A stretch of 64,000 nt of DNA, from NCBI GenBank assembly GCA_002428385.1, contig DIWB01000066.1:21499-85498 (forward strand), given 5' to 3'. The DNA comes from Bacteroidales bacterium UBA6117 (GTDB lineage Bacteria > Bacteroidota > Bacteroidia > Bacteroidales > VadinHA17). The notes beneath the pieces are model-generated. The model searched no databases. It was not told the origin of the DNA and was given only the letters and a program-made list of their open reading frames with translations. This document shows, one piece after another, positions 19,133-29,034 of this stretch (position 1 is its first letter; each line of letters opens with the position of its first letter). The translations under genes were made by a program, and so were the position numbers.

Positions 19133-20152
19133 TCAGGCATCCCAGACCGATCCGCTGTTGAGCAGGTCGTCCATATTTTTTATTTTGGATTTGCTTTTTA
19201 CCTGTTCTATCTGGTTTTCAAGCTCTTTTTCATACGTCGGTCCCGGAACAGCTCTGATAACGCCGAGTGCAACAGGATATTCGGGATATTTCATATTTGC
19301 CAGCATATACTGAATTCCCGGATTTGGTTCGGCGGCATCATGAACCAGAATATCATTTTCCGTTATGCCATTCTCTCCGATTTTGACCACTTTCAGCTTC
19401 AATCCTTCGAGAATAAGTCCTTTGTCATTGTCCTTTCCAAAGATCACAGGCCTGCCATGCTTCAGTATCAGTGTACGGTCATCTCTGACCTCCTTGCCGG
19501 TCACCTTTTCATGAATCCCGTCGTTGAAAATCACGCAGTTCTGGAGCACCTCAATAACTGAAGCTCCTTTGTGCCTTGCAGCTTCAATATAAATCTGGGT
19601 AGAAAGGGTAACATTGGCATCGACAGTCCGGGCAAAGAATCTTCCTTTTGCCCCTATTACCAGTTCTCCAACTGAAAACGGCTCTTCGATGGTTCCGAAC
19701 GGTGATGTTTTTGTAACAAGTCCCTTGTCGGATGTCGGGGAATACTGGCCTTTGGTCAGCCCGTATATTTCGTTGTTAAACAGAATTATATTGATATCCA
19801 GATTTCGTCTGACAACATGGATGAAGTGATTCCCTCCGATTGCGAGTGCATCGCCGTCGCCTGTTATCTGCCAGACTGAAAGTTCGGGATTTGCTATCTT
19901 GACCCCGGTGGCTATTGCAGAAGCGCGTCCATGGATTCCGTGGAAGCCATAGGTATTCATATAATAGGGGAATCGCGATGAGCAGCCTATTCCCGAGATG
20001 AAGGCGAATTTTTCCTTTGGAATTCCCAGTTCTGAGAGCGCTTTCTGCACTGCATTGAGAACTGCATGGTCTCCGCAACCTGGGCACCAGCGTACTTCCT
20101 GATCGCTCTTGAAATCCTTCGGAGTCAACTTGTTTGTGATTGTTTCGTTCAT
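19133..20152 (-). CDS. korB: 2-oxoglutarate/2-oxoacid:ferredoxin oxidoreductase beta subunit
   Basis: 339 aa. WCPGCGDH and TPP-binding GDGDALAIGGNH motifs. 9 nt downstream of korA. Confidence 0.85.
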   Translation of the reverse strand: MNETITNKLTPKDFKSDQEVRWCPGCGDHAVLNAVQKALSELGIPKEKFAFISGIGCSSRFPYYMNTYGFHGIHGRASAIATGVKIANPELSVWQITGDGDALAIGGNHFIHVVRRNLDINIILFNNEIYGLTKGQYSPTSDKGLVTKTSPFGTIEEPFSVGELVIGAKGRFFARTVDANVTLSTQIYIEAARHKGASVIEVLQNCVIFNDGIHEKVTGKEVRDDRTLILKHGRPVIFGKDNDKGLILEGLKLKVVKIGENGITENDILVHDAAEPNPGIQYMLANMKYPEYPVALGVIRAVPGPTYEKELENQIEQVKSKSKIKNMDDLLNSGSVWDA

Positions 20153-20161
20153 AGCTCTGCT

Positions 20162-21994
20162 TTACAAAAGTTTTAAGCACTGTTCCTTGATCTCATTGAT
20201 CGTAAAAGGATGTCCCTGCACCTTATTTATCTGTTCATAATGGAATTCAGGGTATTTCATCCTGAGATAATTGGCAAACTGGCCAAGGTTAAGCTCGCAC
20301 ACTACAATTTTCTTGAATTTGCTGAAAATATCCCTCACATTACCTGGAAGCGGATTGATATAGTTGAAAGTCACGTTGCTGATTTTGTATCCCTCAGCCT
20401 GTAGTTCATTTACTGCCATGACGCGGTAGCCGTACGAACCTCCCCATCCGACAACCAGAAGGTCGCCTGATTCCTCCCCGCTTACTTTCAGATCGGGTAT
20501 CCTGGCTGCAACCCGCGCCACCTTCTGATCTCTGAAGCCAACCATGAGTTCATGGTTTTCAGGCACGTAAGAAACCGTACCTTTTACTGTTTTCTCAAGT
20601 CCTCCGATTCTGTGCTCCATATTTGGTGTCCCCGGTACAGCCCAGAATCTTGACAGTTTTTCAGGATCTCTTTTATAAGGGACGTACGGGAGGTCCTGTT
20701 CTGAGGCATAGGGAGGATGGATGTCCGGCAGGTCTTTCATTGAAGGTATTTTCCACGGTTCTGTTCCGTTTGCAAGATATCCGTCAGTAAGCAGGATTAC
20801 AGGAGTCATATGCTCCACAGCAATCCGTGCTGCTTGGAAAGCATATGTGAAGCAGTCGGTGGGGGTGCTTGCGGCAAGTACCACAACCGGGCATTCTCCG
20901 TTTCTGCCGAAAAGCGCCTGCAGGAGGTCTGACTGTTCAGTTTTGGTGGGAAGCCCTGTTGATGGTCCTCCGCGCTGTACATCAATGATGACAATGGGAA
21001 GCTCGGTCATCACCGCAAGCCCGATCGCTTCGGACTTAAGAGCAAGTCCGGGGCCTGACGTAGAAGTGACGGCAAGCATACCGGCAAAACTGGAGCCTAT
21101 TGAGGCGCAGATTCCGGCTATTTCGTCTTCCGCCTGAAAACTTTTAACTCCCAGGTCTTTCCTGGCAGCAAGCTCTTCAAGTATTCCCGTTGCAGGTGTA
21201 ATCGGATAAGATCCGATAAACAGCTGGAGTCCGGCCTTCTCTGCAGCAGCCAGCAAGCCCCATGCAGTGGCGGTATTTCCTGAAATACTGCGGTACCGTC
21301 CTTTGGCAATAGGTGCGGGATTAATCCTTATCGGGGCCAGGGCTTCTATAGTTTCGGCGTAATAATAGCCGGCACGAAGGGCAATCTTGTTAGCCTCGAT
21401 TAGTTCGGGCTTCTTGCTGAACTTCTTCTCAAAAAACTGTTCAGTGTACTTAAGCTTACGGTCAAAAAGCCAGTAGACCATTCCGAGAGCAAACATGTTT
21501 TTGGTCCGGAGAATGGTTTTCGGGTCGAGGTTCAGGTTTTTGAGGGCCTCCCTGACCATCGAGGAAATCGGGGCTGCAATCAGATTATACTGATCAAGGT
21601 TATCCTCGATAACAGGATCAGTTTTATAACCTGCTTTTTCTATATTCTTTTCTGTGAAATTGTCCTTATCGATTATTATAGTACCTCCGAATTTGGTCCA
21701 TTTGATATTGGCCCTTACAGCCGCCGGATTCATTGCCACCAGAACGTCGGCGTAATCGCCCGGGGTATAAATTACAGAATGGCCAAGATGAACCTGATAA
21801 CCCGAGACACCTCCCACTGTTCCCTGGGGAGCCCGGATCTCGGCCGGATAATCGGGAAAAGTAGTCAGGTCATTTCCATAGATGGCTGCGGTATCTGAAA
21901 ACAAGGTACCTGTCAGCTGCATCCCATCGCCTGAATCGCCCGAAAACCTGATAACCACATCTTCTTTTTCAATAACTGTGCATTTTTTTGGCAT
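20162..21994 (-). CDS. korA: 2-oxoglutarate/2-oxoacid:ferredoxin oxidoreductase alpha subunit
   Basis: About 610 aa. FSGDSGDGMQLTG N-terminus and OFOR alpha-type core. The ORF-track start at 22006 is TTG, so it is trimmed to the ATG at 21994 (MPKKC). Confidence 0.85.
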   Translation of the reverse strand: MPKKCTVIEKEDVVIRFSGDSGDGMQLTGTLFSDTAAIYGNDLTTFPDYPAEIRAPQGTVGGVSGYQVHLGHSVIYTPGDYADVLVAMNPAAVRANIKWTKFGGTIIIDKDNFTEKNIEKAGYKTDPVIEDNLDQYNLIAAPISSMVREALKNLNLDPKTILRTKNMFALGMVYWLFDRKLKYTEQFFEKKFSKKPELIEANKIALRAGYYYAETIEALAPIRINPAPIAKGRYRSISGNTATAWGLLAAAEKAGLQLFIGSYPITPATGILEELAARKDLGVKSFQAEDEIAGICASIGSSFAGMLAVTSTSGPGLALKSEAIGLAVMTELPIVIIDVQRGGPSTGLPTKTEQSDLLQALFGRNGECPVVVLAASTPTDCFTYAFQAARIAVEHMTPVILLTDGYLANGTEPWKIPSMKDLPDIHPPYASEQDLPYVPYKRDPEKLSRFWAVPGTPNMEHRIGGLEKTVKGTVSYVPENHELMVGFRDQKVARVAARIPDLKVSGEESGDLLVVGWGGSYGYRVMAVNELQAEGYKISNVTFNYINPLPGNVRDIFSKFKKIVVCELNLGQFANYLRMKYPEFHYEQINKVQGHPFTINEIKEQCLKLL

Positions 21995-22056
21995 GATGTC
22001 GTGCAAATTACTAAAAGTGAGTACTTTCTTATGAATTTTTAACTGTCGGGACCGGA

Positions 22057-22064
22057 CAAATGTA
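22057..22064 (-). promoter_or_regulatory. -7 box TACATTTG upstream of korA
   Basis: Plus strand reads caaatgta. 62 nt before the ATG at 21994. Confidence 0.35.
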
Positions 22065-22209
22065 ACTAATTAAAGAACGAAAAATCAGCTAAATATTGCT
22101 ATTATAGTATGATTTTGATCATGTTGGCCCAAGTATCCTATCCATGAAATTCAGGCACCGGAGTTAATACCCATGGCTTATTACAAATACCTGATTTTCA
22201 TTTAACAAA

Positions 22210-23037
22210 TCAGCTCCAGATGTCGGCTTTCCTCAGGTTTATTTCGCCCTCGAAAAACATCCTTGCTATTTTCTCAAAATAGGGAGTATAATCCGATATA
22301 AAAAACTGGTCGCTGACGCGGCCGGAATCATTCAGCAGATTGTTCTTTTCCAGGGTATCCCTCAGGATCATCGATACTATCCTTGCTGAATCCACAACCT
22401 CAATATTGAAATTAAAGAATTTACTTATCTGGTTCCTGATTATCGGATAATGAGTGCAGCCCAGAATAAGTGCCTCTATGCCATTCAGTGAGTCGTGCGA
22501 GAGATAGGTTCGGATTATTGCATTGCTGATGTCATCGAAAATGAATCCTTCCTCGATCATCGGAACCAGAAGCGGGGTGGCCATCGACACAAGCCGGGTC
22601 CCGGGTATTCTTTCCCTGATCTTTGCATCGTATGTACCCGAGCTGATAGTTCTTTTTGTACCAATCACTCCGACCTTTCTGAAATTCCTTGTGGCAAGGT
22701 AATCGACAACCGGATCTATCACGTCTATCATCGGGGCCCTGTCCTGGAATTCTTTTTTCAGAGTATCAAATGCAGATGCGGAGGCTGAATTGCAGGCAAC
22801 CAGAATCGCTTTCGCGTTGTGATCGAGCAGGAATTCAGTGATCTTTCCCGAGTAGTACCTGATGGCCTCAGCTGATTTGTCTCCATAGGGCAGGTGAGCG
22901 GTGTCGCCAAAGTAAACCAGGCTTTCTCCCGGGAGTATCTGTTTTATGGCATTTGCAACGGTGAGTCCTCCGACTCCCGAATCGAATATTCCGATAGGTT
23001 GTTCCTTCACGGGGTAAATTATTAAAAAAGTGACCAC
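22210..23037 (-). CDS. murI: glutamate racemase
   Basis: IGIFDSGVGGLTV, VACNSASA and LGCTHYP catalytic-Cys motifs. The start at 23037 is GTG. A GTG at 23010 (MKEQPIGIF) is an alternative. Confidence 0.9.
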   Translation of the reverse strand: MVTFLIIYPVKEQPIGIFDSGVGGLTVANAIKQILPGESLVYFGDTAHLPYGDKSAEAIRYYSGKITEFLLDHNAKAILVACNSASASAFDTLKKEFQDRAPMIDVIDPVVDYLATRNFRKVGVIGTKRTISSGTYDAKIRERIPGTRLVSMATPLLVPMIEEGFIFDDISNAIIRTYLSHDSLNGIEALILGCTHYPIIRNQISKFFNFNIEVVDSARIVSMILRDTLEKNNLLNDSGRVSDQFFISDYTPYFEKIARMFFEGEINLRKADIWS

Positions 23038-23077
23038 CTGCCGGTTCGCAGATGGTCACTTATATTTCTTGCCTGAG

Positions 23078-23599
23078 CTATTTAATCCCAAGTTTCGTTT
23101 TTGCAAGTGGCAGGACGTTGGTGCTTTTTGCCTCATCAAAATAGGTGATGGCGCCAATTGAAGTGTCAAAGACATAAACGAAGCCGTTTTCCTTTCCAAC
23201 ATCCTTAATTGCCTTATCGGCTTTCTGGGTTATCGGGGTGAAGAGTTCTACCTGCTTTTCCTGCATGGTGGTCTGTGCATTTGTCTGGAATTCAGTAAGT
23301 CTCCTCTGCGAATCATTAAGTTCCTGTTCCTTGGTCTGACGTACCAGATCGGTCAGATTCTTGCTTTCCTTCAGGTAGTTTTCATACTTGTTGTTAAGTT
23401 CAACCTGAAGCAATTCAGCCGTGTTGGTTAACTCAGTATTCAGTTTTTCAAGAGTTACAATCGCAGAGTCATATTCCGGCATGGCCTGAATGAGTTCGGT
23501 ACGATTAATATGTCCAAATTTCAAATTCTGTGAAAAAGCGCTCTGTCCGATAAAAGCTGCAATAAATATAACTGCAAGGGTTCCTATAATTCTTTTCAT
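23078..23599 (-). CDS. OmpH/Skp-family chaperone
   Basis: Signal peptide MKRIIGTLAVIFIAAF plus a coiled-coil Q/E-rich body. The ORF-track start at 23629 is TTG, so the ATG at 23599 is used. Part of the bamA-skp-skp block. Confidence 0.8.
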   Translation of the reverse strand: MKRIIGTLAVIFIAAFIGQSAFSQNLKFGHINRTELIQAMPEYDSAIVTLEKLNTELTNTAELLQVELNNKYENYLKESKNLTDLVRQTKEQELNDSQRRLTEFQTNAQTTMQEKQVELFTPITQKADKAIKDVGKENGFVYVFDTSIGAITYFDEAKSTNVLPLAKTKLGIK

Positions 23600-23639
23600 T
23601 CTGATTTGATTTTTAAAATGATGATGCAAAAATAACTAA

Positions 23640-24155
23640 TTAATTTTTATAACCTAATTTCTCAAGTACCTGATCGCTAATGTCAAATTTAGGATTGGCG
23701 AAGAGAATATTGCCTCCGGCAGCCGTGTCAAAAACAGCAGCGTAGCTTCCTTCGGCCGCTATTGTTTTGATCGCCTTCAGAATTTCATCCTGGATCGGTT
23801 TAACAAGTTCTTCCCGTTTCTTGAAAAGTTCTCCCTCAACACCGAAATACTTGTTCTGCAAGTCCTTCACTTCCCTTTCCTTATTTACAATCGCCTCTTC
23901 CCTTTTCGCCTTCATGTCCTGTGAAAGAAGCACCACATCGTTCTGATAAGATTTGTACATCTGATCAACAACCGCATAACCGTCGGAAATCTCTTTCTCC
24001 CATTGTTTTGAGAGATTGTCAAGTTGTTCCTGGGCCTGATTAAAAGAAGGAATATTCTTCCTTATATAATCTGAATCGACAAATCCATATTTCTGAGCTG
24101 AGGCAAAAGCCGCAGTCAGGAATGCAAGGATCATGACTAAACCTATTCTTTTCAT
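23640..24155 (-). CDS. OmpH/Skp-family chaperone
   Basis: 171 aa. Signal peptide and coiled-coil body. Immediately downstream of bamA. Confidence 0.8.
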   Translation of the reverse strand: MKRIGLVMILAFLTAAFASAQKYGFVDSDYIRKNIPSFNQAQEQLDNLSKQWEKEISDGYAVVDQMYKSYQNDVVLLSQDMKAKREEAIVNKEREVKDLQNKYFGVEGELFKKREELVKPIQDEILKAIKTIAAEGSYAAVFDTAAGGNILFANPKFDISDQVLEKLGYKN

Positions 24156-24173
24156 AACTGATAAAATTAATGA

Positions 24174-26693
24174 TTAAAACTGCTGACCTATCGTGAAACT
24201 AAATTGTCCTTTGTTGGCGTCAGGGAACTGTATGGGATCATCGACGGGATCAAATCCATACCCCCAGTCAACTCCCAGGAGTCCGAACATAGGCAGGTTG
24301 GCCCTGACACCTATACCTGCAGCCCTGTTCATCCTTAACGGATTATACTGCCTGATTTCGGTCCAGGCTTTTCCGGCCTCAAGGAAGGCCAGGCCATAGA
24401 TTGTAGCCTGCTGGTTCAGTGAAACCGGGTATCTGAGTTCAAGTGTGAATTTCGAATAAACGTTCCCCGTGGGAGAACCTGACCCCGGATCTGTAGGGGT
24501 TACCGAACCGTCGGTATAACCCCTTAAGGCGATTATCTCACGTCCGTAAAGACTGTAACCTGTCATGCCGCTTCCTCCAAGATAGAAGTTTTCAAATGGT
24601 GAAGGTCCGATATCCTTGTTGTAATGTCCGAGATAACCGAATGAAAATCTTGTGTTAAGTACCAGCTTATCATCCGTTGTGATGGGATGGAAATAATCGG
24701 CCTTGAACACCCATTTGTGAAATTCTATCCATTTGTATTTTTCCCTGTCTTCAAGTCCGACCATGTTCCTGCCGCTGATAAGGGAAAATGGCGGGGTTGC
24801 CTGCAGTGAAAGGGTAAAAGTGGATCCGTTGGTCGGATAAATGAGGTTCGGACCCGTTGAATATCTCGTAAGCTTTGTCGACAAGGTAAGCATATTCGAC
24901 ACTCCGTCGGAAAACAGGAAGTGATAATATGTGAAATCGTTGAGCCTGTACCTCTGGTAATTTATTTCTCCGGAAAGGGAGAAGAAATCATCAGGCCATT
25001 CGAGTCGTTTCCCAAGGCCGATTGATGCTCCGTTCGTAAGCATCGACTGGAAATTGCTGTCACTCTTCTTCCTGCCGTTTGTCATAAGCGACCGGTATAC
25101 TGAAACCGAAAAGGAATTTGCCTTGTTTCCTCCCAGCCATGGCTCCATGAACGAAAGGTTATAGGACTGATAAAGGCGTCCGTTCGACTGGGCCCGGATA
25201 CTGAGCGACTGGCCATCGCCCGAAGGATAAGGCTTCCACTCCTTTAGATTCAGGAAATTTCTCATGGAGAAATTATTGAAATGGACGCCGACTGATCCGA
25301 CAAGCATTCCCGCTCCCCAGCCACCGGATATTTCAAACTGATCATTCGCTCTCTCCTCCAGCTTGTAATGAAGGTCGACAGTTCCGTTAGCCGGGTCTGG
25401 TACCACATTAGGGCTAATCTTTTCAGGATCAAAATGACCGATCACACCAAGCTGTCTCATCGACCTCATGATAGCGTTCTTGCTGAAAAGGTCCCCGGGA
25501 AGGGTGTAGAGTTCACGCCGGGCGATATGCTCGTTGGTTCTTGTATTTCCGGTAATGATTATATTATTGAGATAGGCCTGATCACCTTCATATATCCTGA
25601 CCTCCAGATCGACTGAATCATTTTCGACCTTTGCTTCGACAGGAACCAGCCTGGAGAAAAGGTAACCCTGATCCTGGTAAAGGGAACTCACCGCATCCTG
25701 CGCACCGCCAGCTCCGTTAAGCCTGTCATCGAAATGAGACATGTTATAAACTGATCCTTTCTCGATATTCAGAACCCTTGCAAGGTCTTCGGCCCTGTAA
25801 ACACTGTTCCCTACCCATTTGATATCCCTGAGAAAGTATTGTTTCCCTTCATCAATCATTATGGCAAGGCCGACACGGTTTTCGGTGAGGGGATAGAGTG
25901 AATCGCCAAGGATCTTGAAATCCTTGTAGCCGTTATCGTTATAAAATGTGTACAGATTGTCCTTATCCTCATCATACTTGTCGGAAATGAATTTTGAGGC
26001 CTTCAGAAAATTCATTTTTTTCATTTTCGTATTCTTCATCTTCCGGCGCAGCTGCCGGGATGAAAAATTATCATTTCCGACAAAGGTGATTTCTTCAATC
26101 TTCACTTTTTCCTTCTTGTCGACATCAACAGTAAGAATTACGTTATTTGGCTGGTCGGGATCGTCTTTCTGAATAAATTCAACCGTTGTGTTCAGAAATC
26201 CCTTTTCAACGAAGAAATCGGTGATAATCTTGCGGGTTTTCTCGAGCTGGTGACTTGTAAGCTGGGAGCCAACCGGCATATTGATCTTTTCGCTCAGGTC
26301 GGTTGTTTCCGAAGTCTTGAGACCATTATACCTTATTGAAGAAATCCTGGGTCTTTCCTGAAGGGCGATGTCAAGATAAATTGTATCTGCCTGCCTCTTT
26401 ACAATGGTTACCCTCACATCCGAGAAAAGGCCCTGCTGCCACAGTTTCCTGACGGCGTTAGTTATTGCCTCGCCAGGCACAGACACTTCCTGGTTAATTC
26501 TCAGGCCTGATATTCCAATCAGAGCATTGGTATCGAGGAATCTGACCCCCGAGATGGAAACCCCGCCGATAATGTAATCATCGGATGTGGAATAATCTAT
26601 TACACCGGCTTGTTCCTGTGAGCTGGCGGCCGAACTCAACAGGATTAAAATTACTGTCAGCAATATCCCCTTTAGTCTGTCAATCACCTTCAT
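24174..26693 (-). CDS. bamA: outer membrane protein assembly factor BamA
   Basis: About 840 aa. POTRA-like repeats followed by an Omp85 barrel ending ...FSFTIGQQF. Start moved to the ATG at 26693 (MKVIDRLKGILLTVIL). Confidence 0.9.
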   Translation of the reverse strand: MKVIDRLKGILLTVILILLSSAASSQEQAGVIDYSTSDDYIIGGVSISGVRFLDTNALIGISGLRINQEVSVPGEAITNAVRKLWQQGLFSDVRVTIVKRQADTIYLDIALQERPRISSIRYNGLKTSETTDLSEKINMPVGSQLTSHQLEKTRKIITDFFVEKGFLNTTVEFIQKDDPDQPNNVILTVDVDKKEKVKIEEITFVGNDNFSSRQLRRKMKNTKMKKMNFLKASKFISDKYDEDKDNLYTFYNDNGYKDFKILGDSLYPLTENRVGLAIMIDEGKQYFLRDIKWVGNSVYRAEDLARVLNIEKGSVYNMSHFDDRLNGAGGAQDAVSSLYQDQGYLFSRLVPVEAKVENDSVDLEVRIYEGDQAYLNNIIITGNTRTNEHIARRELYTLPGDLFSKNAIMRSMRQLGVIGHFDPEKISPNVVPDPANGTVDLHYKLEERANDQFEISGGWGAGMLVGSVGVHFNNFSMRNFLNLKEWKPYPSGDGQSLSIRAQSNGRLYQSYNLSFMEPWLGGNKANSFSVSVYRSLMTNGRKKSDSNFQSMLTNGASIGLGKRLEWPDDFFSLSGEINYQRYRLNDFTYYHFLFSDGVSNMLTLSTKLTRYSTGPNLIYPTNGSTFTLSLQATPPFSLISGRNMVGLEDREKYKWIEFHKWVFKADYFHPITTDDKLVLNTRFSFGYLGHYNKDIGPSPFENFYLGGSGMTGYSLYGREIIALRGYTDGSVTPTDPGSGSPTGNVYSKFTLELRYPVSLNQQATIYGLAFLEAGKAWTEIRQYNPLRMNRAAGIGVRANLPMFGLLGVDWGYGFDPVDDPIQFPDANKGQFSFTIGQQF

Positions 26694-26697
26694 ATCG

Positions 26698-27444
26698 TCA
26701 TTTGTCCAAAAGTTGTTCACTAGTCTTCCCAAACCTTCTCTCTCTCTTCTGGAAGTCAATTATGGCCTTGTAAAGTTCCTCCTTACCAAAATCGGGCCAA
26801 AGTACATCTGTAAAATAGAATTCTGTATAGGCCATCTGCCACAGAAGGAAGTTACTTATCCTCATCTCCCCGCTTGTCCTGATCATCAATTCGGGGTCGG
26901 GAACTCCGGCGGTGGCCATATAGCTGCTGAAGTTGAACTCGGTAACCGATTCCGGACCAATCCGGCCGGCTGAAATATCGGAAGCCAGTTTTTTGGCAGC
27001 CTCAGTCATTTCCCACCTCGAGCTGTAACTCATGGCAACAATCAGGTTCAGCCCGGTGGCGCCGGATGTCAGATTTATTGTCTCCATCAGCCTTTTCCTC
27101 ACGTCAGTGGCAAGCCTGTCGGTATCGCCTATTGCAGAAAGCCTGATATTGTTTTTGATGAGTGTATCGGTCTCGCTGTTGAGTGACTCTACTATAATTC
27201 CCATCAGAGCTGATACCTCTTCATCGGGTCTTCCCCAGTTTTCAGTTGAGAAAGCATACACGGTAAGATATCCCAGCCTGAGTTCGGCTGAAGCCTCTAT
27301 TACCTCCCGCAATGCCTTAACACCCTGATGATGGCCGAAAATCCTGTCCAAGCCCCTTTGCCTGGCCCATCGTCCGTTGCCATCCATTATTATTGCTATG
27401 TGTTCGGGCAGTCTGTCAGTATTGATCTCTTCTGAAAGGGACAT
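26698..27444 (-). CDS. uppS: isoprenyl transferase (undecaprenyl-diphosphate synthase)
   Basis: HIAIIMDGNGRWA, YAFSTENW and RTSGE.RISNFLLWQ signatures. Confidence 0.95.
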   Translation of the reverse strand: MSLSEEINTDRLPEHIAIIMDGNGRWARQRGLDRIFGHHQGVKALREVIEASAELRLGYLTVYAFSTENWGRPDEEVSALMGIIVESLNSETDTLIKNNIRLSAIGDTDRLATDVRKRLMETINLTSGATGLNLIVAMSYSSRWEMTEAAKKLASDISAGRIGPESVTEFNFSSYMATAGVPDPELMIRTSGEMRISNFLLWQMAYTEFYFTDVLWPDFGKEELYKAIIDFQKRERRFGKTSEQLLDK

Positions 27445-27447
27445 GAT

Positions 27448-28179
27448 TCAGCGTCGTCTTGGTGCATCAACATCATTAAATGCAGGACATCGTACAAGCT
27501 TGTTGTAGATCTTCCAGGTAAACGCCACACCTGCAAAAGAGTACCAGTCGTTGTTGTGAAGCCATGCCTTATTCTTGTGTTGCGGATCTATATTTTCCGT
27601 TAAGCCGTCAAAGTTATCATAAAAAGTCTTACGAAAACCATATTCGACTTCAAGACCAAGATTTTTTGCAATATTTACTTTTAATCCAACAGAGAAAGGT
27701 ATGATAGGCTTAAATCCAGTTATTGGAATAACATCCTCATAAGATTCATTAAGTGGATCCCAAATTAAAGAGTCAATATTTAAATAAGAATACCCTGCTC
27801 CTGCAGCAAAATAAGGTGTAAAATTCCATTTTTTACCCTGGGTTGAATAAGGAAGAAAATTAAATTCAAATTGAAAAGCCCCTTCAACTACAAATCCCTT
27901 AAATTTACTATTGCGTGCTAATTGAAACGAATTATTAAAGTCAGAGTCATAACCCTTAAGACCTCCCATTAAGAGGTTTGCCCGAATTGATTGTCTTGGA
28001 TGGAGATTATATCTGTAAAACAATCCTCCCGCAGGTAGAGGACGATATAATATACGACCTGGGTTTATGTCACCAAGATATGATGTAACACCTCCATAAA
28101 TCCCATAATCAGCACTTCTCTGTGCTGATACGGAAAATGACAATATCGTAAAAAAAAGAATGACCGTTAATTTCTTCAT
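27448..28179 (-). CDS. small outer-membrane beta-barrel protein (DUF6089-like, possible PorG homolog)
   Basis: 243 aa. Signal peptide, YGIYGGVTSYLGDINP N-terminal motif, aromatic-rich alternating strands. Its position directly upstream of uppS-bamA matches my memory of the P. gingivalis PorG locus. Confidence 0.55.
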   Translation of the reverse strand: MKKLTVILFFTILSFSVSAQRSADYGIYGGVTSYLGDINPGRILYRPLPAGGLFYRYNLHPRQSIRANLLMGGLKGYDSDFNNSFQLARNSKFKGFVVEGAFQFEFNFLPYSTQGKKWNFTPYFAAGAGYSYLNIDSLIWDPLNESYEDVIPITGFKPIIPFSVGLKVNIAKNLGLEVEYGFRKTFYDNFDGLTENIDPQHKNKAWLHNNDWYSFAGVAFTWKIYNKLVRCPAFNDVDAPRRR

Positions 28180-28200
28180 CCAATCGTATTCAGAGTAAGA

Positions 28201-28962
28201 TCATCTGAAAGAAGGAAGCCCCTTGGCAGTTGTTTTCAACTTATAGGTAACGGTAAAATTAAGGAAATAGTACTTGTCGTTTACTTTCGACACCACCGGC
28301 GGATCAAACCCGTCGATAAAATCGGTATTGGCCCATCTACCGCTGAATTCAACACCGAAATTGAGATTGGGATTATAGATCAGGGTGGTTCCGAAACCGG
28401 CCGGGATAACAAGTGCAAAGCCTTTGAAGTCAGTGGTTCCCGGCTGAATTATTTCTCTTTGTTCCAAAGCATTATTTGGATTAACCGAGTAAGCGGCCCC
28501 TCCCACTCCTGCAAAGGCATAGAAATCGAGCGAAGACAGCATTGCCCACAGGCTTTTCCCTTTCAGAAAAAGGTAACTGCTTTCGTACTTGTTCTTTATG
28601 AAATAAAACTCGCCCAGAAGGGCAGGTTCAAACAAATTTGTAACAGCTTCATAATCCCTGTTTTCATTCGAACCCCTCTCATCAATCGCATGGAGACTGG
28701 CGTAAGTCATGCTTGCCCTGAGGTTCGCAGTTCTTCCAAGCCGGTACCTTAAGTTTCCGTTTATGTCAAATCTCGTCTGCCGATAGCTTAAATCCTTGAA
28801 TCCAAGCATATTTTCGCCATGGGTATAACCACCGATATCAGGAAACGAGAATGAGGGACCGATCCCAAGCTGGGCTTCCCATCTTCTCAGTTTCCATAGC
28901 TGGGCATCTGATAACTGGACCGCAAAACAAAATATTACGACGACGAAAAGTGATCGTTTCAT
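28201..28962 (-). CDS. outer-membrane beta-barrel (porin-family) protein
   Basis: 253 aa. Signal peptide, alternating hydrophobic strands, C-terminal aromatic residue (...LPSFR). Confidence 0.5.
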   Translation of the reverse strand: MKRSLFVVVIFCFAVQLSDAQLWKLRRWEAQLGIGPSFSFPDIGGYTHGENMLGFKDLSYRQTRFDINGNLRYRLGRTANLRASMTYASLHAIDERGSNENRDYEAVTNLFEPALLGEFYFIKNKYESSYLFLKGKSLWAMLSSLDFYAFAGVGGAAYSVNPNNALEQREIIQPGTTDFKGFALVIPAGFGTTLIYNPNLNFGVEFSGRWANTDFIDGFDPPVVSKVNDKYYFLNFTVTYKLKTTAKGLPSFR

Positions 28963-29034
28963 TATAGTTTGAATTAAATTGCTGATACAAATATAATAAT
29001 CTAAAATTATTCAGCGTGTTTTAATAAAGGTAAT

